Shown here: positions 9,936 through 18,670 of the stretch, in pieces
Numbering within the stretch: the first letter of the stretch is position 1
Layout of the letters: each line of letters starts with the position of its first letter
Origin: an uncultured Methanosarcinales archaeon
Lineage (GTDB): Archaea > Nanobdellota > Nanobdellia > Woesearchaeales > UBA583
NCBI GenBank assembly: GCA_964562045.1
Contig: CAZLRR010000001.1
Span: 762-44,369 of the forward strand
Direction: 5' to 3'
DNA length: 43,608 bases
Made by a program: the position numbers and the translations under genes
Notes under the pieces: model-generated
What the model was told of the DNA's origin: nothing
The model's input: the letters and a program-made list of their open reading frames with translations, nothing else
The model's database searches: none

Positions 9936-10991
9936 ATGGCAAATTTAAAAAATATTAATAAGGAAGGTCTGGGGAAGGTGGTGATGCCAGACAAAATTTA
10001 TAAATTGAAGTATAAAGAGGAACTTGAAAAACTTTATGAGAAATTATATTTTAATAATTTGAATTATTATGCTATTGCAAACATTTTTGCACTTTCAGTA
10101 ATCGTTACATTTACTTTATTTTTGTTAATATATCCTATTTTATACCAAAGTTTTAATGATGTATTTGCTCAAACTGGAGTTATGAAATTTATTGTTTTTT
10201 TTGTAACTTATTTTGTTTTAAATCTAGTAGTTTATTATTTGTTTTTGTTTATGTTTTTTTTCGTGCATGATAGTAAGTTTAAAAAAGCAGAGAATGCTAT
10301 TGAGAAAGATTTGCCTGAATTTTTGGATAATCTAATTTCGAATTTAAAAGGAGGAATTTCTTTAGAAAAAGCTCTTCTTAAATCTGTGAGGCCGGAGCAA
10401 AAAGCCCTTGCACATGAAGTTACTTTAATTAATGAGAAGATTTTAATGGGAATGGCAGTTACAGAGGCTTTGGATGAGTTTAGAAAAAGATATGATTCTC
10501 CGATTATTAATCGTACTTTGTTTTTAATTGATGAAGGAATTAAGGGGGGAGGAGATTTAGCTAAACCTTTGGAGAGAATTTCAGAGAATCTTAAGAGAAT
10601 TTATATTCTCGAGGAGGAGATGAGAGGTAATGCGGGAGGGTTTGCAATTATTATTCGTGCAATTTCGCTACTTGTTGCACCTCTTTTATTTGCTTTGGCA
10701 ATTACTTTACTGACATTTATTGGAAACTTATTTGGGATACTTGCTGAGAGTGGAAATGAGATGTTAACTTTTGGAACAATACCTCCCGAATTTACAACAT
10801 ATTTGATGTATTTTTCTTATTCGATGATTGGTTTAATTACTGTTTTTTCAAGTTTAATTACTTCTCAGTTGAAGAATGAAAAAACTTATACTGCAGTTAA
10901 GTATTTGCCTTTTTATGTTGCAATTGCATTGATACTGTTTAATGTTTTTTCAAAGGTTCTTTTGGGATTTTTTGGAGGAATTATAGGATAA
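9936..10991 (+). CDS. Type II secretion system F family (TadC-like) platform protein
   Basis: IEKDLPEFLDNLISNLKGGISLEKAL and GGGDLAKPLERIS motifs. Confidence 0.9.
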   Translation: MANLKNINKEGLGKVVMPDKIYKLKYKEELEKLYEKLYFNNLNYYAIANIFALSVIVTFTLFLLIYPILYQSFNDVFAQTGVMKFIVFFVTYFVLNLVVYYLFLFMFFFVHDSKFKKAENAIEKDLPEFLDNLISNLKGGISLEKALLKSVRPEQKALAHEVTLINEKILMGMAVTEALDEFRKRYDSPIINRTLFLIDEGIKGGGDLAKPLERISENLKRIYILEEEMRGNAGGFAIIIRAISLLVAPLLFALAITLLTFIGNLFGILAESGNEMLTFGTIPPEFTTYLMYFSYSMIGLITVFSSLITSQLKNEKTYTAVKYLPFYVAIALILFNVFSKVLLGFFGGIIG

Positions 10992-12433
10992 GAAACATAA
11001 GATTTATAAATAATAACTAACATTATAATAATATGAATTATTGTTTTTATGGTAGAGAAGAAGAATTGAAAATATTAGAACAAACATTTTCGAGAAAGAA
11101 ATCAGAATTATTTATAATCTACGGTAGAAGAAGAGTTGGAAAAACTACTTTGTGTTTAAATTTCATAAAAAATAAAACAGGAGCATATTTTTTAGCCTCA
11201 CAACAAAAAGAAGAACATAATATTGAGAATTTCAAAAAAACACTTATTGAAAGTTTAAATGATGAGACAATAAATAGTCTAAAAAATAATTTTGAAGACA
11301 TATTTAGGTACTTAGCTTCCTTAAATAAAGAAATGATTATTGTTATAGATGAATTTCCATATTTGATTAAAGAAAATAATTCAATAGTTTCAGTATTTCA
11401 AAGGATTTGGGATTTATATTTGGAAAAGAGCAAGGTTTCAATAATTTTAAGTGGTTCGTCAATTTCGATGATAAAGGATGAAATATTAAGTGCAAAAAGT
11501 CCTTTGTATGGGAGAAGAACTGGACAATTAAGTTTAAAAAAATTGAAATTTAAAAATTTACATAAATTTTATCCAAAATATAATTTTGAAAATTTGTTAA
11601 AAGTTTATTCGGTTTTAGATTCTATTCCTTTTTACTTAAATCAGTTTAGTGATAAATTAACTTTTGAAAAAAATTTAATAGAAAATTATTTTTCAATAAG
11701 TAGTATTTTATTTGGAGAAGGAGATTTTTTATTAAAAGAAGAATTTGATTCTATTAGCACATATAAGACAATTTTAACTGAAATTGCTAGAGGAAACACA
11801 AAATTTTCAGCAATTAGTAGTTCTGTTGGTATTGAACAAACAAAATTAACACAATATTTAAAGAATTTACTTAACGTTAATTTGATTAGTAAAAGGATTC
11901 CTTTTGGTGAAAAAGAACAAAAATCAAAAAAATCAAGGTATGAATTAAAAGATAATTTTCTTAAGTTTTGGTTCAAATTTACAACTGAGTATAGTTATTT
12001 AGTTGAAGAAAATAGGCCCGATTTAGTTGTGAAGAGATTGGATAATACATTTAGTGAGTATTTGGGAAAAATATTTGAAGATGTTGCAAGAGAGTATTTA
12101 AAAGAGAATTATAATGTTGTTAAATGTAGTTCTTGGTGGACTAGACAGGATTTAGAAATTGATATTGTTGGAGAAGATGTAGAAAATAATGTTTTTTATG
12201 TCTGTGAAGCAAAATGGAGAAATAGAAAACAAACTTTAAAAGATTTAGAAGAATTAAAAGAAAAATCAAAATATTTGGAATTGGGCGAAAATGTTAAATT
12301 TGTTATTTTTTCTAAGTCGGGATTTAAGGACAATTTGTTAGAATTTGCTAAAAATAATGAAAATCTGATATTGATTGATAAAACTAGTTTAGAAAATTGG
12401 ATTAGAGATTAAAGGAATTATAGGATAAGGAAC
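10976..12433. repeat. 21-bp direct repeat (1 mismatch) flanking the AAA ATPase gene and duplicating the upstream gene's 3' end
   Basis: AGGAATTATAGGATAAG(A/G)AAC at 10976-10996 and 12413-12433. Confidence 0.8.
11033..12412 (+). CDS. Archaeal AAA ATPase (ATPase_2 + DUF234, C-terminal PD-(D/E)XK-like domain)
   Basis: FYGREEEL; YGRRRVGKT; IDEFPYL; LSGSSISM; SPLYGRRT; DNFLKFWFKF; EIDIV...CEAKW. Confidence 0.92.
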   Translation: MNYCFYGREEELKILEQTFSRKKSELFIIYGRRRVGKTTLCLNFIKNKTGAYFLASQQKEEHNIENFKKTLIESLNDETINSLKNNFEDIFRYLASLNKEMIIVIDEFPYLIKENNSIVSVFQRIWDLYLEKSKVSIILSGSSISMIKDEILSAKSPLYGRRTGQLSLKKLKFKNLHKFYPKYNFENLLKVYSVLDSIPFYLNQFSDKLTFEKNLIENYFSISSILFGEGDFLLKEEFDSISTYKTILTEIARGNTKFSAISSSVGIEQTKLTQYLKNLLNVNLISKRIPFGEKEQKSKKSRYELKDNFLKFWFKFTTEYSYLVEENRPDLVVKRLDNTFSEYLGKIFEDVAREYLKENYNVVKCSSWWTRQDLEIDIVGEDVENNVFYVCEAKWRNRKQTLKDLEELKEKSKYLELGENVKFVIFSKSGFKDNLLEFAKNNENLILIDKTSLENWIRD

Positions 12434-12493
12434 CCTTTTTGTAACTAAAAGAAGATAACTAAATTATATAAGAAAAATAGATTTGAATTAAAT

Positions 12494-13015
12494 ATGAATA
12501 AGACGAGTTTATTAAGAAATAAAAGAGGTCAAGCTGCAATCGAGTTTTTAATGACTTATGGTTGGATGCTTTTGGTAGTACTGATTGTAGGTGCTTTAAT
12601 ATTCAGTTTCGTTGACTTTGGTGCACTTTTGCCTAATAAGTTGGATTTAAGTGGAAATTTAAGAGGTATGGCTGCAGAATCACAAGCAACAAGTACGGAC
12701 GATACAGTTAAAGTAGTATTTAGTTATGTTGGGGCTAATAGGGGTACAATTGAAGGAAACGCAGGAACTATAGAGTTGAGTACAGGTGAAACCTGTTCGA
12801 TGACTACCGTTGAAAATAAAGACACTTCATCTGGAGCAGTTCCAGCCGATGTGAATTTTTTAAATGGACAACTAGGAATTGCAACATTTGATTGCACAGC
12901 AGAAGGCCTAATTGAAGGAGATGTTGTTGAAGGCAAGGTTACTATTCCTGTTGAAAATCCAAAAACGGATTTAACAATTGATAGTACAGGACCAATTAGA
13001 TTAACTATTCAATAA
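12494..13015 (+). CDS. Class III signal peptide pilin (likely major pilin)
   Basis: KRG/QAAIEFLMTYGWMLLVVLIV prepilin N-terminus. Confidence 0.9.
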   Translation: MNKTSLLRNKRGQAAIEFLMTYGWMLLVVLIVGALIFSFVDFGALLPNKLDLSGNLRGMAAESQATSTDDTVKVVFSYVGANRGTIEGNAGTIELSTGETCSMTTVENKDTSSGAVPADVNFLNGQLGIATFDCTAEGLIEGDVVEGKVTIPVENPKTDLTIDSTGPIRLTIQ

Positions 13016-13081
13016 ATCTATATTTTTTTCTAATTTTTGATAATTACAAAGTTTTAAAAACATAATATATTCTAAAAAATT

Positions 13082-13588
13082 ATGGGGGAAAAAGTAAAAG
13101 CACAGGCATCTTTTGAATATCTTATTATTTTTGGAATAGCTTTGACTTTAATTCTTATTCTTGGCGGAGTATTTTTTACTTATTCTGGTGAGGCAAAGGA
13201 ACAATTAGATAAAAAACAAATTGAAAAAATAGGAAGAGAAATAATTTCAAATGTTGAAAAAATGTATTTTTTACCTGAAGGAAACAAAGTTACAATAGAT
13301 ACTAATTTTCCTCAAGGAATAGAAAACCTAACTATCGTTCATTTTAATAATAGTGGAATTGTATTTGATATACTAAATGTTTCTTACTATAATGAAGATA
13401 TATTTTCCTCTGAATTATTTGAAACTAAGGAAACATATATACGATTTAATTGTTCATATTCATGTCAACATAATTATACAACTAATGTTTCTTGGTTTAA
13501 TGATACATCATTATTTACACAAGGAGCTAAAAGAATCCAAATAGTCTCCCAAGGAGACTATGTTTCAATTGATTTTGTAAGAGATTAA
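13082..13588 (+). CDS. Class III signal peptide pilin-like protein
   Basis: KA/QASFEYLIIFGIAL prepilin N-terminus. Confidence 0.88.
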   Translation: MGEKVKAQASFEYLIIFGIALTLILILGGVFFTYSGEAKEQLDKKQIEKIGREIISNVEKMYFLPEGNKVTIDTNFPQGIENLTIVHFNNSGIVFDILNVSYYNEDIFSSELFETKETYIRFNCSYSCQHNYTTNVSWFNDTSLFTQGAKRIQIVSQGDYVSIDFVRD

Positions 13589-14242
13589 TTATCTTTGTTT
13601 TTTAACTCCAACTTTTTGGCAGTATTTCTCAACAGGACATTTCGAACAGAAAGGAGATACAGGTTTACATATGTGCTGACCAAAAGCAACCAAAAGGGAA
13701 TTATATCTTATCCAATATTGCAAAGGGAGAATTTCTCTAAGTTTAAACTCTGTTTCTTCTGGAGTTTTAGTTTGAATGTAACCTAAACGATTTGAAATTC
13801 TATGTACGTGAACATCAACACACATTGCAGGTTTCTGAAAACCTTCAGTTATTACCAAATTTGCAGTTTTTCTTCCCACTCCTTCAAAAGTTAAAAGAAT
13901 GTCTAAATCGGCTGGAACTTGTCCTTTAAATTCATTAACTAATCTCTCACAAACGTTTTTAATTACAATTGCTTTTCTACGATAAAAACCTACAGGATAA
14001 ATTCTTTTCTGGATTTCTTCTACATTCAAATTTTGAATATCTGTTGGTTTTTTTAAAACTTCAAACAATCGTTTTGATGCTAAAACTGTAGTCTCATCTT
14101 TTGTTCTAAGTGAGAGAATTGTTGAGATTAAAACTTTAAAAGGATCTTTGTCTTGAAGAGCAATTAATGTAACTACTGGAACTTGCCAATTTTTCGATTC
14201 TTTTTCAAGTATTTCAATTATCTCTTTTATCGGGAAGGTCAT
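13589..14242 (-). CDS. nth: Endonuclease III
   Basis: FKVLISTILS; HhH GVGRKTANLV; VDVHVHRISNRLG; 4Fe-4S C-x6-C-x2-C-x5-C. Confidence 0.96.
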   Translation of the reverse strand: MTFPIKEIIEILEKESKNWQVPVVTLIALQDKDPFKVLISTILSLRTKDETTVLASKRLFEVLKKPTDIQNLNVEEIQKRIYPVGFYRRKAIVIKNVCERLVNEFKGQVPADLDILLTFEGVGRKTANLVITEGFQKPAMCVDVHVHRISNRLGYIQTKTPEETEFKLREILPLQYWIRYNSLLVAFGQHICKPVSPFCSKCPVEKYCQKVGVKKQR

Positions 14243-14243
14243 T

Positions 14244-15230
14244 TTAAAACCCCAAAATTAAATTTGCAATTTCAATTGAATTTAAATTTCTTAAAACTTT
14301 TTTTTCTTTTTTTAATTCAACTACTTCTTCTTCATAAATTGAGTTTAAAGATTTTGAAATCTCTAAATCCATATCAAAATACTTCTTATCAACTAAATTT
14401 TCTCCGAAATTTTTTAGATACCTTGATAAGGATTTTAACTCTTTTTCAAATGGAAGTTTTAGTTTCTGTTTCAACATTAAGTATTTCAATCTATATCTTA
14501 AATCACAAGAGGTTTGAAATAGTTTATTTTCTTTTTCCATAAATTTCTTGATGAAATCTGAATTGAAATCATATTCTAGCAAGAGGTCCAAAATCTCAAA
14601 TTGAGATATAATATTAAAGTTTCCTAATTCATCAAAATCATAAACTAAATCATATTTTTTATTCCAAAAATATCTCTCAAAACCAAGAGTTAATCTCTCA
14701 TTTATCATAAATAAAGAGTCAGCTTCTTTGATAAAACCATGAAAATTTAAAAAGTCAGTATAATCACAAACCGAAATTAGAATAGCATTTTCTTTTGCTT
14801 TGAAAACTTTTTTGCCTTCAAACAAATCAAACATTAATAGATAGTCATTACAAAAATGATTTTTTATGTAAATTAAGGCTTTTTGAATTGATTTTAAGAA
14901 CAATTTTACTTCTTTCTTATCATTTGTCTGTTTCAAATAAAAAAGAAGAGATTTTAAGTAAAAAACTGGATTGTAAATTCCATCATCCGAAAATCCTTCT
15001 ATAAAAAAAGTTTCATCTTTGATTTTTGGAAGTATAAAATTATCTTCTTTTTGTTGGAATTGCCTTATGTAGTTAAGAATAATTTTAGCCTCACCTAATT
15101 TTTTAAGCTTTGAGAGTGAAATTACCGAATCAAACAACTCCTCATATGTTTTTATATTGCCTATAGAGCCATCTTTAGTTATACGTCCTAAAATAAACTT
15201 TAGAGATGATTCTTGCAATTTTTTGTCCAT
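14244..15230 (-). CDS. Hypothetical protein, possibly a degenerate (alpha/alpha)6 glycosidase-like fold
   Basis: 328-aa ORF; helical pattern loosely like GH15/six-hairpin glycosidases. Confidence 0.55.
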   Translation of the reverse strand: MDKKLQESSLKFILGRITKDGSIGNIKTYEELFDSVISLSKLKKLGEAKIILNYIRQFQQKEDNFILPKIKDETFFIEGFSDDGIYNPVFYLKSLLFYLKQTNDKKEVKLFLKSIQKALIYIKNHFCNDYLLMFDLFEGKKVFKAKENAILISVCDYTDFLNFHGFIKEADSLFMINERLTLGFERYFWNKKYDLVYDFDELGNFNIISQFEILDLLLEYDFNSDFIKKFMEKENKLFQTSCDLRYRLKYLMLKQKLKLPFEKELKSLSRYLKNFGENLVDKKYFDMDLEISKSLNSIYEEEVVELKKEKKVLRNLNSIEIANLILGF

Positions 15231-15299
15231 AATTATTTATAAATAAACTCATTTATAAGCTTTGCGAAGATTTTTAAACTTGGAAATCATACAACTATA

Positions 15300-15656
15300 A
15301 TGGTAAAAGGCGAATATGAAGAAATATATGGTGAGAAAAAAGAAGGCTTTTTTGAAAAAGTGAAAGATTTTTTTGCTGACTCTGCAAAAGAATTTCTAAA
15401 AACAAAATTTGAAGAAACAAAAGAAGATGCAAAAAGAACATTTGAGAGAAAAGTTATGAGAAAAGTTAGAAGAGAAATTAAAAAAGCAGTAACTAACGTT
15501 TTTTTAGTTTTATTTCTAGCTCTAGGAGTTGGATTTTTAATTTACGGAGGATTATCTCTTTTAATTGTCTCTCTTGCGCTTCCAGAATATGTTACTCCAA
15601 TGTTATTTGGATTATTTTTAGTTTTGGTAGGTTTTGTTGTTAAGATTATTGGTTAG
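15300..15656 (+). CDS. Hypothetical membrane protein (charged N-terminus, two C-terminal TM helices)
   Basis: 118-aa ORF with hydrophobic C-terminal hairpin. Confidence 0.75.
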   Translation: MVKGEYEEIYGEKKEGFFEKVKDFFADSAKEFLKTKFEETKEDAKRTFERKVMRKVRREIKKAVTNVFLVLFLALGVGFLIYGGLSLLIVSLALPEYVTPMLFGLFLVLVGFVVKIIG

Positions 15657-15672
15657 ATAAAACTTAATATCT

Positions 15673-18546
15673 TTATTCTACTACTATTTGAGGTTTTGCT
15701 GGTAAACCTTTTGATTCTTTTTCCTCAGAGATTATTTTAGCTTTAACTCCAAATTCTTCTTTAATTACTTTATTAACATTCTCAATTAAGTTTTTCTCTT
15801 CTTCTTTTGGAAGATATTTGCTAATTCCATCGCCCAAACATTTTGGCAAGAATTTTTGAATGAATTTTTGCTCCGAAGCAAAATTTTTCATCAATTCTTG
15901 CATAATTGTCTTAAAATCTCTTGTTTGGTCAAGCAAATCTGCCATTTTATCAAATAACTCAAATTTAGAATCTGTTGCCTGAATTATTTTAATTGATTTA
16001 AGTTTTGAGATATTTCTTGTTTCTTTTTGACGTGAAATTTCTTCAATTAAATTTGAAATAATTGCTTCAACATCTTCAATTTCTTTATTTATATATTCAT
16101 CTTTTCCAAGCATTGAAAAACTTGCAAGAGATACGCAATTTTCTTTTTCTTTTCCTTCTCCCTCATAGAGTTCTTCACAAGTATGTGGAGTTACAGGAGC
16201 TAAAAGTTTAACGTAGTCTTCAAAAATAAATCTTAAAACTTCAAGAGTTCTCCCTTCATTTGTTAATCTCATGTGATAATTCATTTCAGAAATAAAATCA
16301 TAAATTAGTGAAATATGAGCTTCTCTAATTTTCATCTCATCCATTAAAGAAAAATATTCTTTGGCTCTTGAATAAAATCTAGAAATAAGCCATTTGTCTC
16401 TTTCTTCAAATTCGCTATAAAATTTTTTCTCGCAAGATTTTGCTTTGAATAAAAGTTCTTTAAGTCTATTGAATTTCTTTTCTAATTGTGATACCTCTTC
16501 ATCTTTAAAATCTAGTTCAACATCAAAACTTGAAGTTAGAACCAAGTAAAGTCTGAATAAGTCAACTCCCCATTCTTTTTTTACTCTGATTAATGGAGTT
16601 CCATTTCCTTTTGATTTTGAAATTTTGCTTCCTTCACGAATCATAAGTCCTCCAACAGTAATATTTGTAGGCCAGTTTTCTTTAGGGAAAATAAGTCCAT
16701 AGTGATAAATTAAAAAAGATAAGTGGTTTGACATATGTGTTCCGGCCGTATATCTACAATTAATATTTTTGAAGTATTCAACTTGCGACCTCATTTCTTC
16801 AATTAATTTCAAATCTATTTCTGATTCTTCTGCAATCATTGTTGAATTTCCTTTTCCAAGAAGCACATAGTCAAAAAATTCAATACTTAATTTTTCAGCA
16901 GAAATCTTATTTTTTGTTAAAGTGTTGGAAATTAAATAAAACATTTGATAAATCGTAGAATCTGAAAGAGACTCAATTACCCATTCCTTATCAAATGGAA
17001 GCGGAGTTCCAATTCCTCTTCTTCTAGCACAAGGCCTCATTGCAACCCAATCAATATAACCTTTTTGAGTGGCTTCAAGTTTTTTTGGAAGATACACCAT
17101 ATTTTCCATAACTTCGTGCGCTTTCTTTTTAGTTTCTTCTTTTGTATAATCTAAAAACCATTGACCTTCTAAATTTGCAACAATTACTTTATCTCCACCC
17201 CTAGTTATTGCTTTTCTAGATGTTTCATAAAATGTTCCCCCCAAACCTTTTTCTTTCAATTTTTGTGATACCAACTCTTTTGCTTTTTTAATATACACTC
17301 CTTCAAATTCTCCAACATCTCCAGTAAGCATTCCACCAAAATGTTCTTCTTTGTATAACTCTTGTTTTGCTTGCTCAATTTTTTCTTTATCCTCAGCAGA
17401 TTTAACTCCGTATTTTTTTAGTTTTAATTCTGCAGGACATTCTCCGCCAGTGTTAATTATATTTCCTTTTTTATCTTTTGTTATAACTGTGTTAATTACT
17501 TTGATTTCTTTTGGAAGCCTCCCATCTTTTTGTGCCTGTTTTAAAGATAAAAAATCATCTGGAGAACCCGCAGGAGATGAATAAACAATTCCTGTTCCGT
17601 GGTCTGAATCAATAAAACTAGCCTCTGCAATTGGAATTACTCTATCAATTAATGGAGCAATAACATTTTTTCCAATGAATTCTTTAACATCAATTTTTCC
17701 AAGATTTTTTGTATTTGGAAATTGATGTTCTACTTTTATTGCTGCATCTTCTGAGACAATCCAAGTCTTTCCTGCTACTTGAATTTTTACGTGTTTGATT
17801 TTTGAATTAAGCCATAAATTTGTTGTTCCAAATAACGCATCTGGTCTTAGAGTTGCACAAGGGAAATAAATCTCTTGTCCTTCTAATCTAAACAATAAAT
17901 AGTCCATTTCGGATAGAGTTACTTTCTCCGTATCACCATCTTTAATGTCATCTTCTCCTACTGCATTTTTGTCTGCGACAGAATATAAAATGGGGTAAGT
18001 TCCTTGCACCAAAATTCCTTGTTTATGAAGTTTTTCAAATTGCCATTCAATAAATTTTTTGTAAATCTCATCCCCGGTTGTGAATTGCCTAGTCCAATCA
18101 ATTGATAATCCAACTTCATTAAATGTTTCTTCAATTGTTGATGAGAAAAATTCTGCAATTTCAAATGGATCTTTGAATTTTTTAATTAGTTTTTCTTGCT
18201 CTTTTTTATCAGTGATGTATTCAGAAATTGCATCTTTTGTCATCTTTATTTGCTTTTTATCTCCTCTCGATATTCCGTCAGCAACTGCTAAAACTGGAGT
18301 TCCGGAAATATGAAACGCCATAGGATAAAGAACATTTTCTCCTTTAAGTCTATGATATCTTGCAACAACGTCTGCCATTGAAAACATTCTACCATGTCCA
18401 ATATGAAGTATGGAATTAGCATAAGGATAAGCTGCAGTAATAAAATATGGTTTCTTTTTCTCGTCTACTTTAGGCTCGAAAATTTTGTTCTCTTGCCAAA
18501 ATTTCTGCCATTTATCTTCAATTTTCTTCTGGTTTGGAACTTCCAT
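15673..18546 (-). CDS. leuS: Leucine--tRNA ligase, archaeal type
   Basis: AYPYANSILHIGH; ATLRP editing-domain start; GTGIVYS; WVIESLSDSTIY; KISKSKGN. Confidence 0.96.
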   Translation of the reverse strand: MEVPNQKKIEDKWQKFWQENKIFEPKVDEKKKPYFITAAYPYANSILHIGHGRMFSMADVVARYHRLKGENVLYPMAFHISGTPVLAVADGISRGDKKQIKMTKDAISEYITDKKEQEKLIKKFKDPFEIAEFFSSTIEETFNEVGLSIDWTRQFTTGDEIYKKFIEWQFEKLHKQGILVQGTYPILYSVADKNAVGEDDIKDGDTEKVTLSEMDYLLFRLEGQEIYFPCATLRPDALFGTTNLWLNSKIKHVKIQVAGKTWIVSEDAAIKVEHQFPNTKNLGKIDVKEFIGKNVIAPLIDRVIPIAEASFIDSDHGTGIVYSSPAGSPDDFLSLKQAQKDGRLPKEIKVINTVITKDKKGNIINTGGECPAELKLKKYGVKSAEDKEKIEQAKQELYKEEHFGGMLTGDVGEFEGVYIKKAKELVSQKLKEKGLGGTFYETSRKAITRGGDKVIVANLEGQWFLDYTKEETKKKAHEVMENMVYLPKKLEATQKGYIDWVAMRPCARRRGIGTPLPFDKEWVIESLSDSTIYQMFYLISNTLTKNKISAEKLSIEFFDYVLLGKGNSTMIAEESEIDLKLIEEMRSQVEYFKNINCRYTAGTHMSNHLSFLIYHYGLIFPKENWPTNITVGGLMIREGSKISKSKGNGTPLIRVKKEWGVDLFRLYLVLTSSFDVELDFKDEEVSQLEKKFNRLKELLFKAKSCEKKFYSEFEERDKWLISRFYSRAKEYFSLMDEMKIREAHISLIYDFISEMNYHMRLTNEGRTLEVLRFIFEDYVKLLAPVTPHTCEELYEGEGKEKENCVSLASFSMLGKDEYINKEIEDVEAIISNLIEEISRQKETRNISKLKSIKIIQATDSKFELFDKMADLLDQTRDFKTIMQELMKNFASEQKFIQKFLPKCLGDGISKYLPKEEEKNLIENVNKVIKEEFGVKAKIISEEKESKGLPAKPQIVVE

Positions 18547-18670
18547 TATAGATTTTTAAATTCTTTTTGTTTTATATATGTTATGTTTGTCTTTTATTAC
18601 AATATAAATTAATGTTGCTTTTTTAGTGAAGATAAATACTTAAAAAACATAAATCTGAAAAGATATTAGA

